The notes under the pieces are model-generated. The model was not told where the DNA came from, ran no database searches, and was given only the letters and a program-made list of their open reading frames with translations. From Candidatus Poseidoniaceae archaeon (GTDB lineage Archaea; Thermoplasmatota; Poseidoniia; Poseidoniales; Poseidoniaceae), in the NCBI GenBank assembly GCA_965662895.1, contig CBFIJH010000005.1, forward strand, positions 57,928-121,927: a stretch of 64,000 bases of DNA. Reading direction: 5' to 3'. The stretch's first letter is position 1. Each line of letters begins with the position of its first letter. This document shows, piece after piece, positions 8,324 through 16,042 of the stretch. Made by a program: the position numbers and the translations under genes.

Positions 8324-8866
8324 ATGTCCCAACTGACAACGGGTGACCTGGCACCTACGCTTTCCTTACCAGCGATCGATGGCTCAACTTTCAACATGGC
8401 CGAAATGAAAGGAAAACGTGTTATTCTGACGTTTTTTAGGTTCTCATCGTGCCCATTGTGCAACATGCGCATTCGCCGCATTATCCAACGATGGGATGAG
8501 TTCTCTGAGGATACCGTCATGGTCGCAGTTTTTGATGCGAAGATCGGGGAACTTCAGAAACGAATGCGAAAGCACAATGCTCCTTTTGTTGTGGTTGCTG
8601 ATGAGACGTATGAGCATTTTCAAAACAACGGTGTCAAAAAGTCGTTTTTCAAATTCTTGTGGGGAGCGATGCGTTCGCCATTGACACTGCTGCAAGCTAC
8701 ATTGAGAGGCTATGTTCCGCTGACTCTATCCATCTCCAAGTTATCAACCATTCCTGTTGACATTCTTATCGATGAAGAAGGCACCGTCGTTGAGGCTCAT
8801 TATTGCAAGGACACTGCAGACCATCTTCCACTTGAGAAAATGATTGCTTTTTCCAACGGTGCGTAG
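8324..8866 (+). CDS. Redoxin/AhpC-TSA-like thioredoxin-fold protein
   Basis: FFRFSSCPLCNM CxxC motif following the beta-strand VILTFF. Length 180 aa. Confidence 0.55.
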   Translation: MSQLTTGDLAPTLSLPAIDGSTFNMAEMKGKRVILTFFRFSSCPLCNMRIRRIIQRWDEFSEDTVMVAVFDAKIGELQKRMRKHNAPFVVVADETYEHFQNNGVKKSFFKFLWGAMRSPLTLLQATLRGYVPLTLSISKLSTIPVDILIDEEGTVVEAHYCKDTADHLPLEKMIAFSNGA

Positions 8867-8943
8867 AACCACATTCTTTAGATAATTGTTCGATTTAGTC
8901 TTGAGCAGCCACACCCGTGAAGTGAAGCAATTGGAGGGATTGA

Positions 8944-9906
8944 ATGAGAAATCGAGGGAAGATTCTTTTTGTTATTTTTTCTCTTTTTTCTGTTTCACTT
9001 TCCGGGTGCATTGAAACTTCAGGAGTCCCAAAAACGGAATCGCAAGGCGAATCATTGGCCGAAGTCGCAAATCCATGTCTGATACCGACTGAATCAAATC
9101 TCCAATCTATGATTGGAATTACCGTTGACGGAGAGGAACGACTCTTCAGATTGTCCGTCCCAAATTCAGATGCTGGGACCAAGCTCCCAATCATCATTGC
9201 ATTCCATGGCGGAGATGGGGCAAACGAAGACTTCCAGCAACAAAACGAATTCGACCAATTGGGTGAACAGGAGAAGTTCATCATGGCTTATGCTATTGCA
9301 GAAAGCGACCGAACTGCAGCAGAAGGCGAATGGTTCCTCAACACGGCGGCGACGTCGAGAGAAGACAACAACTTCGCAGAGGCCATCGTTGATGAATTGT
9401 CCAATGTCTTTTGTGTTGACCAAGACCGATTGTATGCCATTGGATATTCATTGGGATCGATGTTCACGTACGAAGTTGCTTGTCAACTCAATGACCGATT
9501 TGCAGCAGTTGCGTCGTTTGCGGGTACAATGCCAGTAAGCCCAGAATCATGCAGTTTGGCAGGTTCAATGGCAGTTCTTCACATCCACGGTAAACTTGAC
9601 TACATCATCGATTATGATGAGGATTGGGATTGGAAAGATGGTGAACATGAAGGGGTTGGAACCATGAGTAATGTACCCGGTATGATCGATTTCTGGGCTC
9701 AAAAGTCAAATTGTCAGGATGAGAGTACCCCTTCTCACCTCTTTGGTGGCGATGATGTCGAACACATTGTTCACTCCGATTGTCTCGGAAACGTACGTAT
9801 TGAACACTATGGAATGGAAGCGCACGAACATACATGGCCCAGTCAAGTGGATGGAACAGATACCTACCGACTGATGTGGAATTTCTTGAGCGATTTTACG
9901 AATTGA
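8944..9906 (+). CDS. Secreted alpha/beta-hydrolase lipoprotein (esterase/PHB-depolymerase family)
   Basis: Signal peptide plus lipobox (FSVSLSGC). Oxyanion-region IIIAFHGGDG, nucleophile elbow GYSLGS (GxSxG), and a later HIHG. SD GGAGGG lies 6 nt upstream. Confidence 0.7.
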   Translation: MRNRGKILFVIFSLFSVSLSGCIETSGVPKTESQGESLAEVANPCLIPTESNLQSMIGITVDGEERLFRLSVPNSDAGTKLPIIIAFHGGDGANEDFQQQNEFDQLGEQEKFIMAYAIAESDRTAAEGEWFLNTAATSREDNNFAEAIVDELSNVFCVDQDRLYAIGYSLGSMFTYEVACQLNDRFAAVASFAGTMPVSPESCSLAGSMAVLHIHGKLDYIIDYDEDWDWKDGEHEGVGTMSNVPGMIDFWAQKSNCQDESTPSHLFGGDDVEHIVHSDCLGNVRIEHYGMEAHEHTWPSQVDGTDTYRLMWNFLSDFTN

Positions 9907-10002
9907 TCTTGTTCTATATTCACCCAGTAGCGTCCGTATCGACCAACTAAATCCCCTTTGTATTCCCCCTCATGACAAGGGTAGCCTCTGAAAATTCCAT
10001 GA

Positions 10003-10245
10003 CTAGACTATGCTCAACCCTTCAAGGGTTAACCAAACGCCGAGAGTCAGGAAGAGAATGATCATGCTCGCGAAAAAGATTGGACCTTCGGAAGCAGAAA
10101 CCCATCGGCCGCCTTTGTTTGTCCAATTTTGTTTCCAAAACCCACCTTTGACGAATAGACCGTATGCAAGATATGCAAGAAGGACCAAACCCGAAATCAG
10201 AGGTTCTGAATGTATCTCCATGACTTCTATCCATCCCATTCCCAA
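10003..10245 (-). CDS. Possible small 2-TM membrane protein
   Basis: 80 aa with two hydrophobic helices flanking KGGFWKQNWTNKGGRW. Sits in an otherwise ~435-bp non-coding stretch. Start is uncertain (MGMGW or MEIHS). Confidence 0.3.
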   Translation of the reverse strand: MGMGWIEVMEIHSEPLISGLVLLAYLAYGLFVKGGFWKQNWTNKGGRWVSASEGPIFFASMIILFLTLGVWLTLEGLSIV

Positions 10246-10342
10246 AATAACTTTTGCCAGGAATTGAGCATCAATTCTGTTTGTTATATTGCATCACTGC
10301 ATTTGAACAACCCTATTTACAACAAATTGCGTTATCCATACC

Positions 10343-11206
10343 ATGCGTCGTCGGGGTATTCACGAGGTTTTTCTCGGTTCATCGACGGATGCCCTTTTGA
10401 GACGTCTAGCGGTTAATGCTGCAATTGTTGGGTTCTTGCTCCATCTCTTGTGTTGTGTACTTTACGATGTAGGCGTTCTCAAAGAATCTGGAATCGAGAC
10501 GTTCGTTGACTCGTATCTTGATGCCTTGTACACACCGTTTTCAATTATTCTTGCTTACGAAGTGTACGAACTCATTCGAGCGATTCCGGAATCGTTCTCG
10601 AACTCCATTGGTAAGCAATTTGAAGTCGTTACGCTTCTTGTTGTTCGCGACATCTTCAAGAATTTGGCGGATCTTGGCGCATCCGAAGATGTCTCCATCG
10701 ACGCTGATGTTGCCTTTATTGCAATGGAAGCTGTTGCCTTCGTTGTGCTCTTCGGAACGGCGTTGTATTTCCGTTCAACAACCGCAACTTCGAAAACTCC
10801 CCGGCTTCAAGACGACTCTGTTCAAACATTTGTTCAGCAAAAGAAGCATCTCGCATGTGCACTGGTCGCTGTGTATGTCCTCGTTGCTTTGTATTCCTTT
10901 ACGACATGGTTGACAGGTGTCATTGATGGTGAAGCAGGTTTGAGCAGGACGGTGTTCTTCTCGGATTTCTTCACGTGGCTGATCGTTTCAGACATCGTAA
11001 TTTTGTTGGTCTCGTATCGGCACATTACCGATTTTCCTCAACTTGCTCGCAATACTGGATTTATTCTTTCGACCGTGATTATACGTGTTGGAATTGGAAT
11101 CCCTGGCTTTACTGGAGCCATTCTGTTCATTCTTTCTGCAGCACTTGCATCTTGCGTTCTCCGATTAAGCTTCCACTCTTCTCCCTTCGTCGAGTCAGAA
11201 GAATAA
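10343..11206 (+). CDS. Hypothetical polytopic membrane protein
   Basis: 287 aa with ~6 predicted helices. No recognisable motif. Confidence 0.55.
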   Translation: MRRRGIHEVFLGSSTDALLRRLAVNAAIVGFLLHLLCCVLYDVGVLKESGIETFVDSYLDALYTPFSIILAYEVYELIRAIPESFSNSIGKQFEVVTLLVVRDIFKNLADLGASEDVSIDADVAFIAMEAVAFVVLFGTALYFRSTTATSKTPRLQDDSVQTFVQQKKHLACALVAVYVLVALYSFTTWLTGVIDGEAGLSRTVFFSDFFTWLIVSDIVILLVSYRHITDFPQLARNTGFILSTVIIRVGIGIPGFTGAILFILSAALASCVLRLSFHSSPFVESEE

Positions 11207-11280
11207 CTGCATTCATGAGAGCAACTCAAGTTTGCACTGACTTGGCAACATATCATATGTGTGAAATTTGAGGTCCTGTT

Positions 11281-14004
11281 ATGCTGAAGCAACGGACCGT
11301 TGTGTTAACACTCTTGTTGCTTCTTACCTTCGTTCCGTCCTATGCGACTGAAGGGACTGAAGATGAAATTGTTGAAAAGTTCGGTGTTGGATTCGATGAA
11401 GTAACCATTGCAGATTCCTCGGACTATCTCAACGATCCGCGAGATTTGGAATTCCATCCAGGTCGCGCCAATGAGTTGTGGATCGCCAATCGAGCGACAG
11501 ACAGCATTACCATCGTTGAAAACACGGGATTGTCGAATCAAACCTCTCAAAATCGAGCAGATTCAAACAGGAATCATTTCTTGGAAGAAGTGAGTGCGAT
11601 TTCCTTCGGCGCCTATCATCCTGAATTCGATTGGCAATGGGGTTCTGCCCAAGAAACTGGAAACACCTACTGCGGTCAAGCCCCTGCGAATTATTTCATG
11701 GGTCCGACTCTTTGGCCATCATCGTTGAATCATTTTGCTGTTGAGAACCAAAACAACGGCAATGGGCTCCTTGGTAGCCACATCGATATGAACCATGAAT
11801 CGCCATTCGGTGTTGGGATTGCACACGATTATGACAACGTTTACTGGTACAACGATGGCTACTACGGCGAACTGGTTCGATACGATTTCAAAGAAGATCA
11901 CGATACGGGCCAAGACGATCATTCCGATGCTGTCGTGCGTCGTTACACGGAAATTAGTCTCACACACTTCTACGGTATTCCAGGCCACATGGTGATGGAC
12001 AAATCGAATGGAATGCTTTACATCGCAGACGCTGGAGCAAACCGTGTTCTTTGGGTCAATACTGACGATACGACAACCACATCGACCAATATCATGGACG
12101 ATGCCTCGCGATTGGAACCGCTTGCAGAGTACTCAGAAATCACCGACGTTGAATGGGGGGTTCTTGCAACTGGACTCAACCTCCCATCAGGAATAGCACT
12201 CGCAGACGGCCAGCTCTTTGTCTCAGAGAACGGGAACGGCAAGATTGTCGCTTACGAACTGGCTTCCGATGGAAAGAGCGCTGTTGAACTTGACGAAATC
12301 CAGACGACTGCTACGTCCATCATGGGATTGGAAGTTGGACCAAATGGACATCTCTACTATGTTGATAATGGTCAAGATAAGGTCGTTCGAATCGACCCTT
12401 ACACCGATGAAGACGATGATGGTGTCGGCGATCAAGTCGACAATTGTCCGAGCATCGCAAATCCGTTGCAAGCCAACTTTGACAACGATTCAATGGGAGA
12501 TGTTTGCGATTCCGATGACGACAATGACTCGGTGCTGGATGTTGACGACCAATGCATCCTCGGCCAACTCGACTGGACGTCAACGATACTGAACGATCAT
12601 GATGGAGACGGATGTCTCGATGCGACGGAAGACTTGGATGATGACAACGATGGTGTTGCTGATCCCTCCGACCTATGCTCCACAGGTGACTTGGGATGGA
12701 CCTCATCACCCTCAACCGATTACGATGGGGATGGATGCCAGGATGCACTGGAGGATGTTGATGATGACAACGACAGAGTTTGCGATGCAAGTGATCTGAG
12801 CAGCTCTTGGGCTTGTACACCATCGACTGCGAACGTCGATCTCTGCCCTCAAAGCTCTCTCGGTTTCTTCTCAAACAATCAAAACGACGTTGATGGTGAC
12901 GGTTGTGAAGATGCCACTGAAGATACGGACGACGACAACGATGGTTTTGCTGATGACGTTGATGCTTGTCCATTGGATGCAGGAACAAGTTCGCTTGGTT
13001 TTGTTGTTGGTTGCAGCGATTACGATTCCGATGGGTACAGTGATTCCATCGATTTGTTCCCGACAGAGTCGACACAGTGGTTGGATTCAGATGGTGATGG
13101 ATACGGTGACAATCCAGATGGTTTCGAAGCAGACGCCTGCGCAAACGAATCAGGGCAGTCAACTGCGGATTCATTTGGATGTCCCGATGCGGACGGTGAC
13201 GGTTGGTCGAATCTCAACGATGCTTTCCCGAACGAAGTAACCCAACATTCTGATGAAGATGGTGATGGCTTTGGAGATGCCACGGACGGCTTTCAAGGGG
13301 ACGACTGTCTCGGTGTTCCTGGAACATCAACAAAGGACTTCTTTGGATGCTTGGACCCGGATGGTGACGGATGGTCGGATTTGAACGATGCCTTCCCTCA
13401 AGAACCAACACAACATACTGACGCTGATGGAGATGGTTACGGTGATAATGCAGAGGGAAATCTTCCAGATAGTTGCCCAGAACTGTACGGTCTTTCTTCC
13501 ATCGATCGGTATGGTTGTCCAGATAGCGATGGTGACGGGTGGGAGGATCGCTCCGATGCATACGTAAATGACGCTCGACTTTGGTCCGATAGAGATGGTG
13601 ATGGCTATGCCGGCCAACAAGGAACAAATCTTTCCGATGATTGTCCTGAGACGTATGGCACATCAATTCTTGATTTCCGAGGGTGCTTGGATTCTGATGG
13701 TGATGGCTGGTCCGATAAGACCGATGCGTATCCAAACGATGCGTCGAAGTATCTCGCTTCAGAAGAGGCACCAGAAGACAACGACTTCACGCTCCTAGGT
13801 CTTGGAATCGGAGTACTTGTTCTCGTGTTCCTCATGTTTGCTATCATGCGTAGGAAGACAACAGTAGAGCCAGAGTTTGGCTTCGCAGCCCCTCCAATTC
13901 CACAACCGCTTCCACGTGCACCGCCGCTTCCTCCAGAAGGCTTGCCAGCTGGTTGGACGATGGAGCAATGGATGGTCTATGGCGAGGATTATCAAAAACC
14001 GTAA
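11281..14004 (+). CDS. Large type-I cell-surface protein: NHL/SMP-30-like beta-propeller N-domain plus ~10 TSP3-like acidic Ca-binding repeats, a C-terminal TM anchor and a Pro-rich cytoplasmic tail
   Basis: Signal peptide MLKQRTVVLTLLLLLTFVPSYA. SD GAGGT 8 nt upstream. NHL-like blades: YIADAGANRVLWVN, LPSGIALADGQLFVSENGNGKIVAYEL, GPNGHLYYVDNGQDKVVRIDP. Repeats: C.D.DGDGWSD..DAFP.E.TQH.D.DGDGYGDN. TM helix LLGLGIGVLVLVFLMFAI followed by PPIPQPLPRAPPLPPEGLPAGW. Confidence 0.75.
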   Translation: MLKQRTVVLTLLLLLTFVPSYATEGTEDEIVEKFGVGFDEVTIADSSDYLNDPRDLEFHPGRANELWIANRATDSITIVENTGLSNQTSQNRADSNRNHFLEEVSAISFGAYHPEFDWQWGSAQETGNTYCGQAPANYFMGPTLWPSSLNHFAVENQNNGNGLLGSHIDMNHESPFGVGIAHDYDNVYWYNDGYYGELVRYDFKEDHDTGQDDHSDAVVRRYTEISLTHFYGIPGHMVMDKSNGMLYIADAGANRVLWVNTDDTTTTSTNIMDDASRLEPLAEYSEITDVEWGVLATGLNLPSGIALADGQLFVSENGNGKIVAYELASDGKSAVELDEIQTTATSIMGLEVGPNGHLYYVDNGQDKVVRIDPYTDEDDDGVGDQVDNCPSIANPLQANFDNDSMGDVCDSDDDNDSVLDVDDQCILGQLDWTSTILNDHDGDGCLDATEDLDDDNDGVADPSDLCSTGDLGWTSSPSTDYDGDGCQDALEDVDDDNDRVCDASDLSSSWACTPSTANVDLCPQSSLGFFSNNQNDVDGDGCEDATEDTDDDNDGFADDVDACPLDAGTSSLGFVVGCSDYDSDGYSDSIDLFPTESTQWLDSDGDGYGDNPDGFEADACANESGQSTADSFGCPDADGDGWSNLNDAFPNEVTQHSDEDGDGFGDATDGFQGDDCLGVPGTSTKDFFGCLDPDGDGWSDLNDAFPQEPTQHTDADGDGYGDNAEGNLPDSCPELYGLSSIDRYGCPDSDGDGWEDRSDAYVNDARLWSDRDGDGYAGQQGTNLSDDCPETYGTSILDFRGCLDSDGDGWSDKTDAYPNDASKYLASEEAPEDNDFTLLGLGIGVLVLVFLMFAIMRRKTTVEPEFGFAAPPIPQPLPRAPPLPPEGLPAGWTMEQWMVYGEDYQKP
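12418..13780 (+). repeat. Intragenic tandem TSP3-like repeats (~35-45-aa units)
   Basis: Repeated gatggtgatgg / gacggtgacgg blocks. These create long spurious His/Arg-rich antisense ORFs. Confidence 0.6.
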
Positions 14005-14034
14005 TTGCATCGAAACAAATCGATTATGACGATT

Positions 14035-14436
14035 CTAAACGTTCTCATTTTCCTGTGTAGGGGCTTGCACAACGACATAGGATTTGCTCTTTTTTGCAGA
14101 AATAATGGATTTAATCCCAACAACAAAGAACGCAATTGAAGAGAGCAAATGCAACAACATAATCCAAATGAGATCATTTCGAACGCCAATGATGTTTATT
14201 CCTACAGCGACCGTTCCTAATGCGGCAAATCCTCCAATGATGACAACAAATGGCCTAGTCACTGGGAAAATCACCAAAACAAAACCTATGATGTACAAAG
14301 GTGCGCAAATTAACGAAAATAATGTTGCTCCAAAGACTCCACAAGAGTCCGCATCTGCGCACATTGCACTTGCAGGTTGAGCTGTAAGCGTTAGAGCGCA
14401 CAGGCCACTGATAAGTAGCAAAGATAACTTCTTCAC
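14035..14436 (-). CDS. Hypothetical secreted/membrane protein (GTG start)
   Basis: Translating the printed sequence gives V-K-K-L-S-L-L-L-I-S-G-L-C-A-L-T-L-T-A-Q-P-A-S-A (a signal peptide) then a Cys-rich segment and 3 helices. The start codon is GTG, not ATG. Confidence 0.4.
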   Translation of the reverse strand: MKKLSLLLISGLCALTLTAQPASAMCADADSCGVFGATLFSLICAPLYIIGFVLVIFPVTRPFVVIIGGFAALGTVAVGINIIGVRNDLIWIMLLHLLSSIAFFVVGIKSIISAKKSKSYVVVQAPTQENENV

Positions 14437-14547
14437 GAATATTTTTTACAATCTTAGCAAATAAGTATATTCCCAAATTATTGAATTGGATGTCAAATAT
14501 GGCGGAACATTACAATCGCTAAAGTACTACAAGTTCCTAGTTTAATC

Positions 14548-14946
14548 ATGAGCAAGAAATTCTTCATCAAAATCGTAACTGACCCAGACGTTGATCTCCG
14601 CAAGTGTGTTGTTGGTGTTGCTTGCGCAGCCCAAGCCATCAACGATGGCCATGACGTTGCCGTCTTCTTTGCAGCAGACGGAGTAAAGATGATCCACACT
14701 GATTACATCAAGGGACTCAATGAACAAGGAAACTTTCCAGATGGAATGATTTACAATATGCTGAACGTTATCACAGAAGGAGCATCCAAGATTTACTGTT
14801 CAACAGGTTCTCAAGCAGCCAATGGTGTCACAAAACAGAACGCAGATGAAATCCTCCTTGAAGGCTACTCAGAGTGGATGACGTGGAGCGGGCCTCCCGG
14901 TGTAATTGAGCTCAGTGCTGCATCCGATGTCCAACTCGTCTACTAG
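14548..14946 (+). CDS. DsrE/DsrF-like (sulfur-relay fold) protein
   Basis: 132 aa. N-terminus FFIKIVTDPDVD...VGVACAAQAINDGHDVAVFFAADGV resembles DsrE/YchN-family openings. Conserved Cys at CSTG. Confidence 0.55.
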   Translation: MSKKFFIKIVTDPDVDLRKCVVGVACAAQAINDGHDVAVFFAADGVKMIHTDYIKGLNEQGNFPDGMIYNMLNVITEGASKIYCSTGSQAANGVTKQNADEILLEGYSEWMTWSGPPGVIELSAASDVQLVY

Positions 14947-15347
14947 TTTGAGTTCGACTTGATCGAGAGAATCTCCTCGGGAATTCTGTAGGTGTAAAGG
15001 AAATCTTTTCCAATGAGCGTTAGCGATTCGAGTGAATCATCGAATGCAACTTGGTGAAACGTTGAGCCAAGATTGTGTAGTGGCATGTTTGCTGCCATCT
15101 TTCCTTGCCTTGAGAGCGAAATTCCAGTAACAACATATGGTTCAATGGAGTTGAATAGCAAGATTTCCTCTGAAGTTTCGATTCGTCCCAATCCTTGAAA
15201 CATCCTGACAAAATATTCACTGATTTTGTCCCATTGTTCGATGGAGAAGTTCATGGTTAAACCATCATCCATCAACGTAAAGAGATTCTCTCTGTGTCGT
15301 AGCCTTGATGCACCACCGACGAGTGGGATGTCCATGGCCTCACTCAT
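14943..15347 (-). CDS. Hypothetical protein (uncertain)
   Basis: Fills the 380-bp gap between the DsrE-like gene and gpmA. Composition is normal and not low-complexity. No motif. Its 5' end would overlap the gpmA start inside a CCATGG palindrome. Alternative starts at 15335 or 15272. Confidence 0.3.
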   Translation of the reverse strand: MSEAMDIPLVGGASRLRHRENLFTLMDDGLTMNFSIEQWDKISEYFVRMFQGLGRIETSEEILLFNSIEPYVVTGISLSRQGKMAANMPLHNLGSTFHQVAFDDSLESLTLIGKDFLYTYRIPEEILSIKSNSN

Positions 15348-16038
15348 CTTGATGCGACACGGTCAGTCGATGTGGAATGCTGCGAACCTGTTTACGGGTT
15401 GGGTTGATGTTCCGTTGACGCAAGTTGGTATCGATGAGGCGTTGGCTGGTGGAAAGAAGTTGGCGGATGTGCAGATCGATGAGGTCCACACATCCACTTT
15501 GATTCGTGCACAAATGACGGCCATGTTGGCCTTGAGTCAACACAACAGTGGAAAGACGCCGGTTCTGCAATACGCCGATTCGGGTGAACAGATGAGCGGA
15601 AACGAGCAAAAAATGGTTGAATGGTCGCAAATGCATGAAGATGCAGATGCTTCCAACATTCTCCCTGTCTACGTTTCATGGCAGTTGAATGAACGTATGT
15701 ATGGTGACTTGCAAGGGATGAACAAACAAGCAACTCGGGACAAGTTCGGAGATGAACAAGTCAAGATTTGGCGTCGCTCGTACGACATTCCTCCTCCAAA
15801 CGGGGAGAGTCTTGAATTGACCGCTGCTCGAACAATTCCATACTTGGAATCCGTTCTCCTACCTGCTTACGAGCAAGGGAAGCATCTCTTTGTTGCAGCT
15901 CATGGAAACTCTCTTCGAAGCATCATCATGCATCTTGAAGGCTTGAGCAAAGAAGAAGTTCTTGAGTTGGAAGTGCCGACTGGGGTCCCGATGATGTACG
16001 AATTGCAGAATGATGTTTGGAACCGAACGATGGGGTGA
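15328..16038 (+). CDS. gpmA: 2,3-bisphosphoglycerate-dependent phosphoglycerate mutase
   Basis: LILMRHGQSMWN (catalytic RHG), FTGW, and HGNSLR near the C-terminus. Start at MSMASLIL, with an alternative ATG at 15334. The upstream in-frame extension is unsupported. Confidence 0.8.
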   Translation: MSMASLILMRHGQSMWNAANLFTGWVDVPLTQVGIDEALAGGKKLADVQIDEVHTSTLIRAQMTAMLALSQHNSGKTPVLQYADSGEQMSGNEQKMVEWSQMHEDADASNILPVYVSWQLNERMYGDLQGMNKQATRDKFGDEQVKIWRRSYDIPPPNGESLELTAARTIPYLESVLLPAYEQGKHLFVAAHGNSLRSIIMHLEGLSKEEVLELEVPTGVPMMYELQNDVWNRTMG

Positions 16039-16042
16039 TGCT

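Noticed and set aside
7606-8520. 304-aa minus-strand ORF
   Set aside because: Antisense to two plus-strand genes with good features (a polytopic membrane protein and a CxxC redoxin). Its product is Ser/Arg/Thr-rich low complexity.
12320-13174. 284-aa His/Arg/Cys-rich minus-strand ORF (with 13214-13771 and others)
   Set aside because: Lies inside the TSP3 repeat array of the 907-aa gene. It is produced by reading GAT/GGT-rich repeats in another frame.
13780-14004. PGF-CTERM/archaeosortase or twin-arginine (Tat) signals on the surface proteins
   Set aside because: C-termini lack the PGF tripeptide, and the TM helix is followed by long tails. N-terminal signals have no RR motif and are Sec-type or lipobox.
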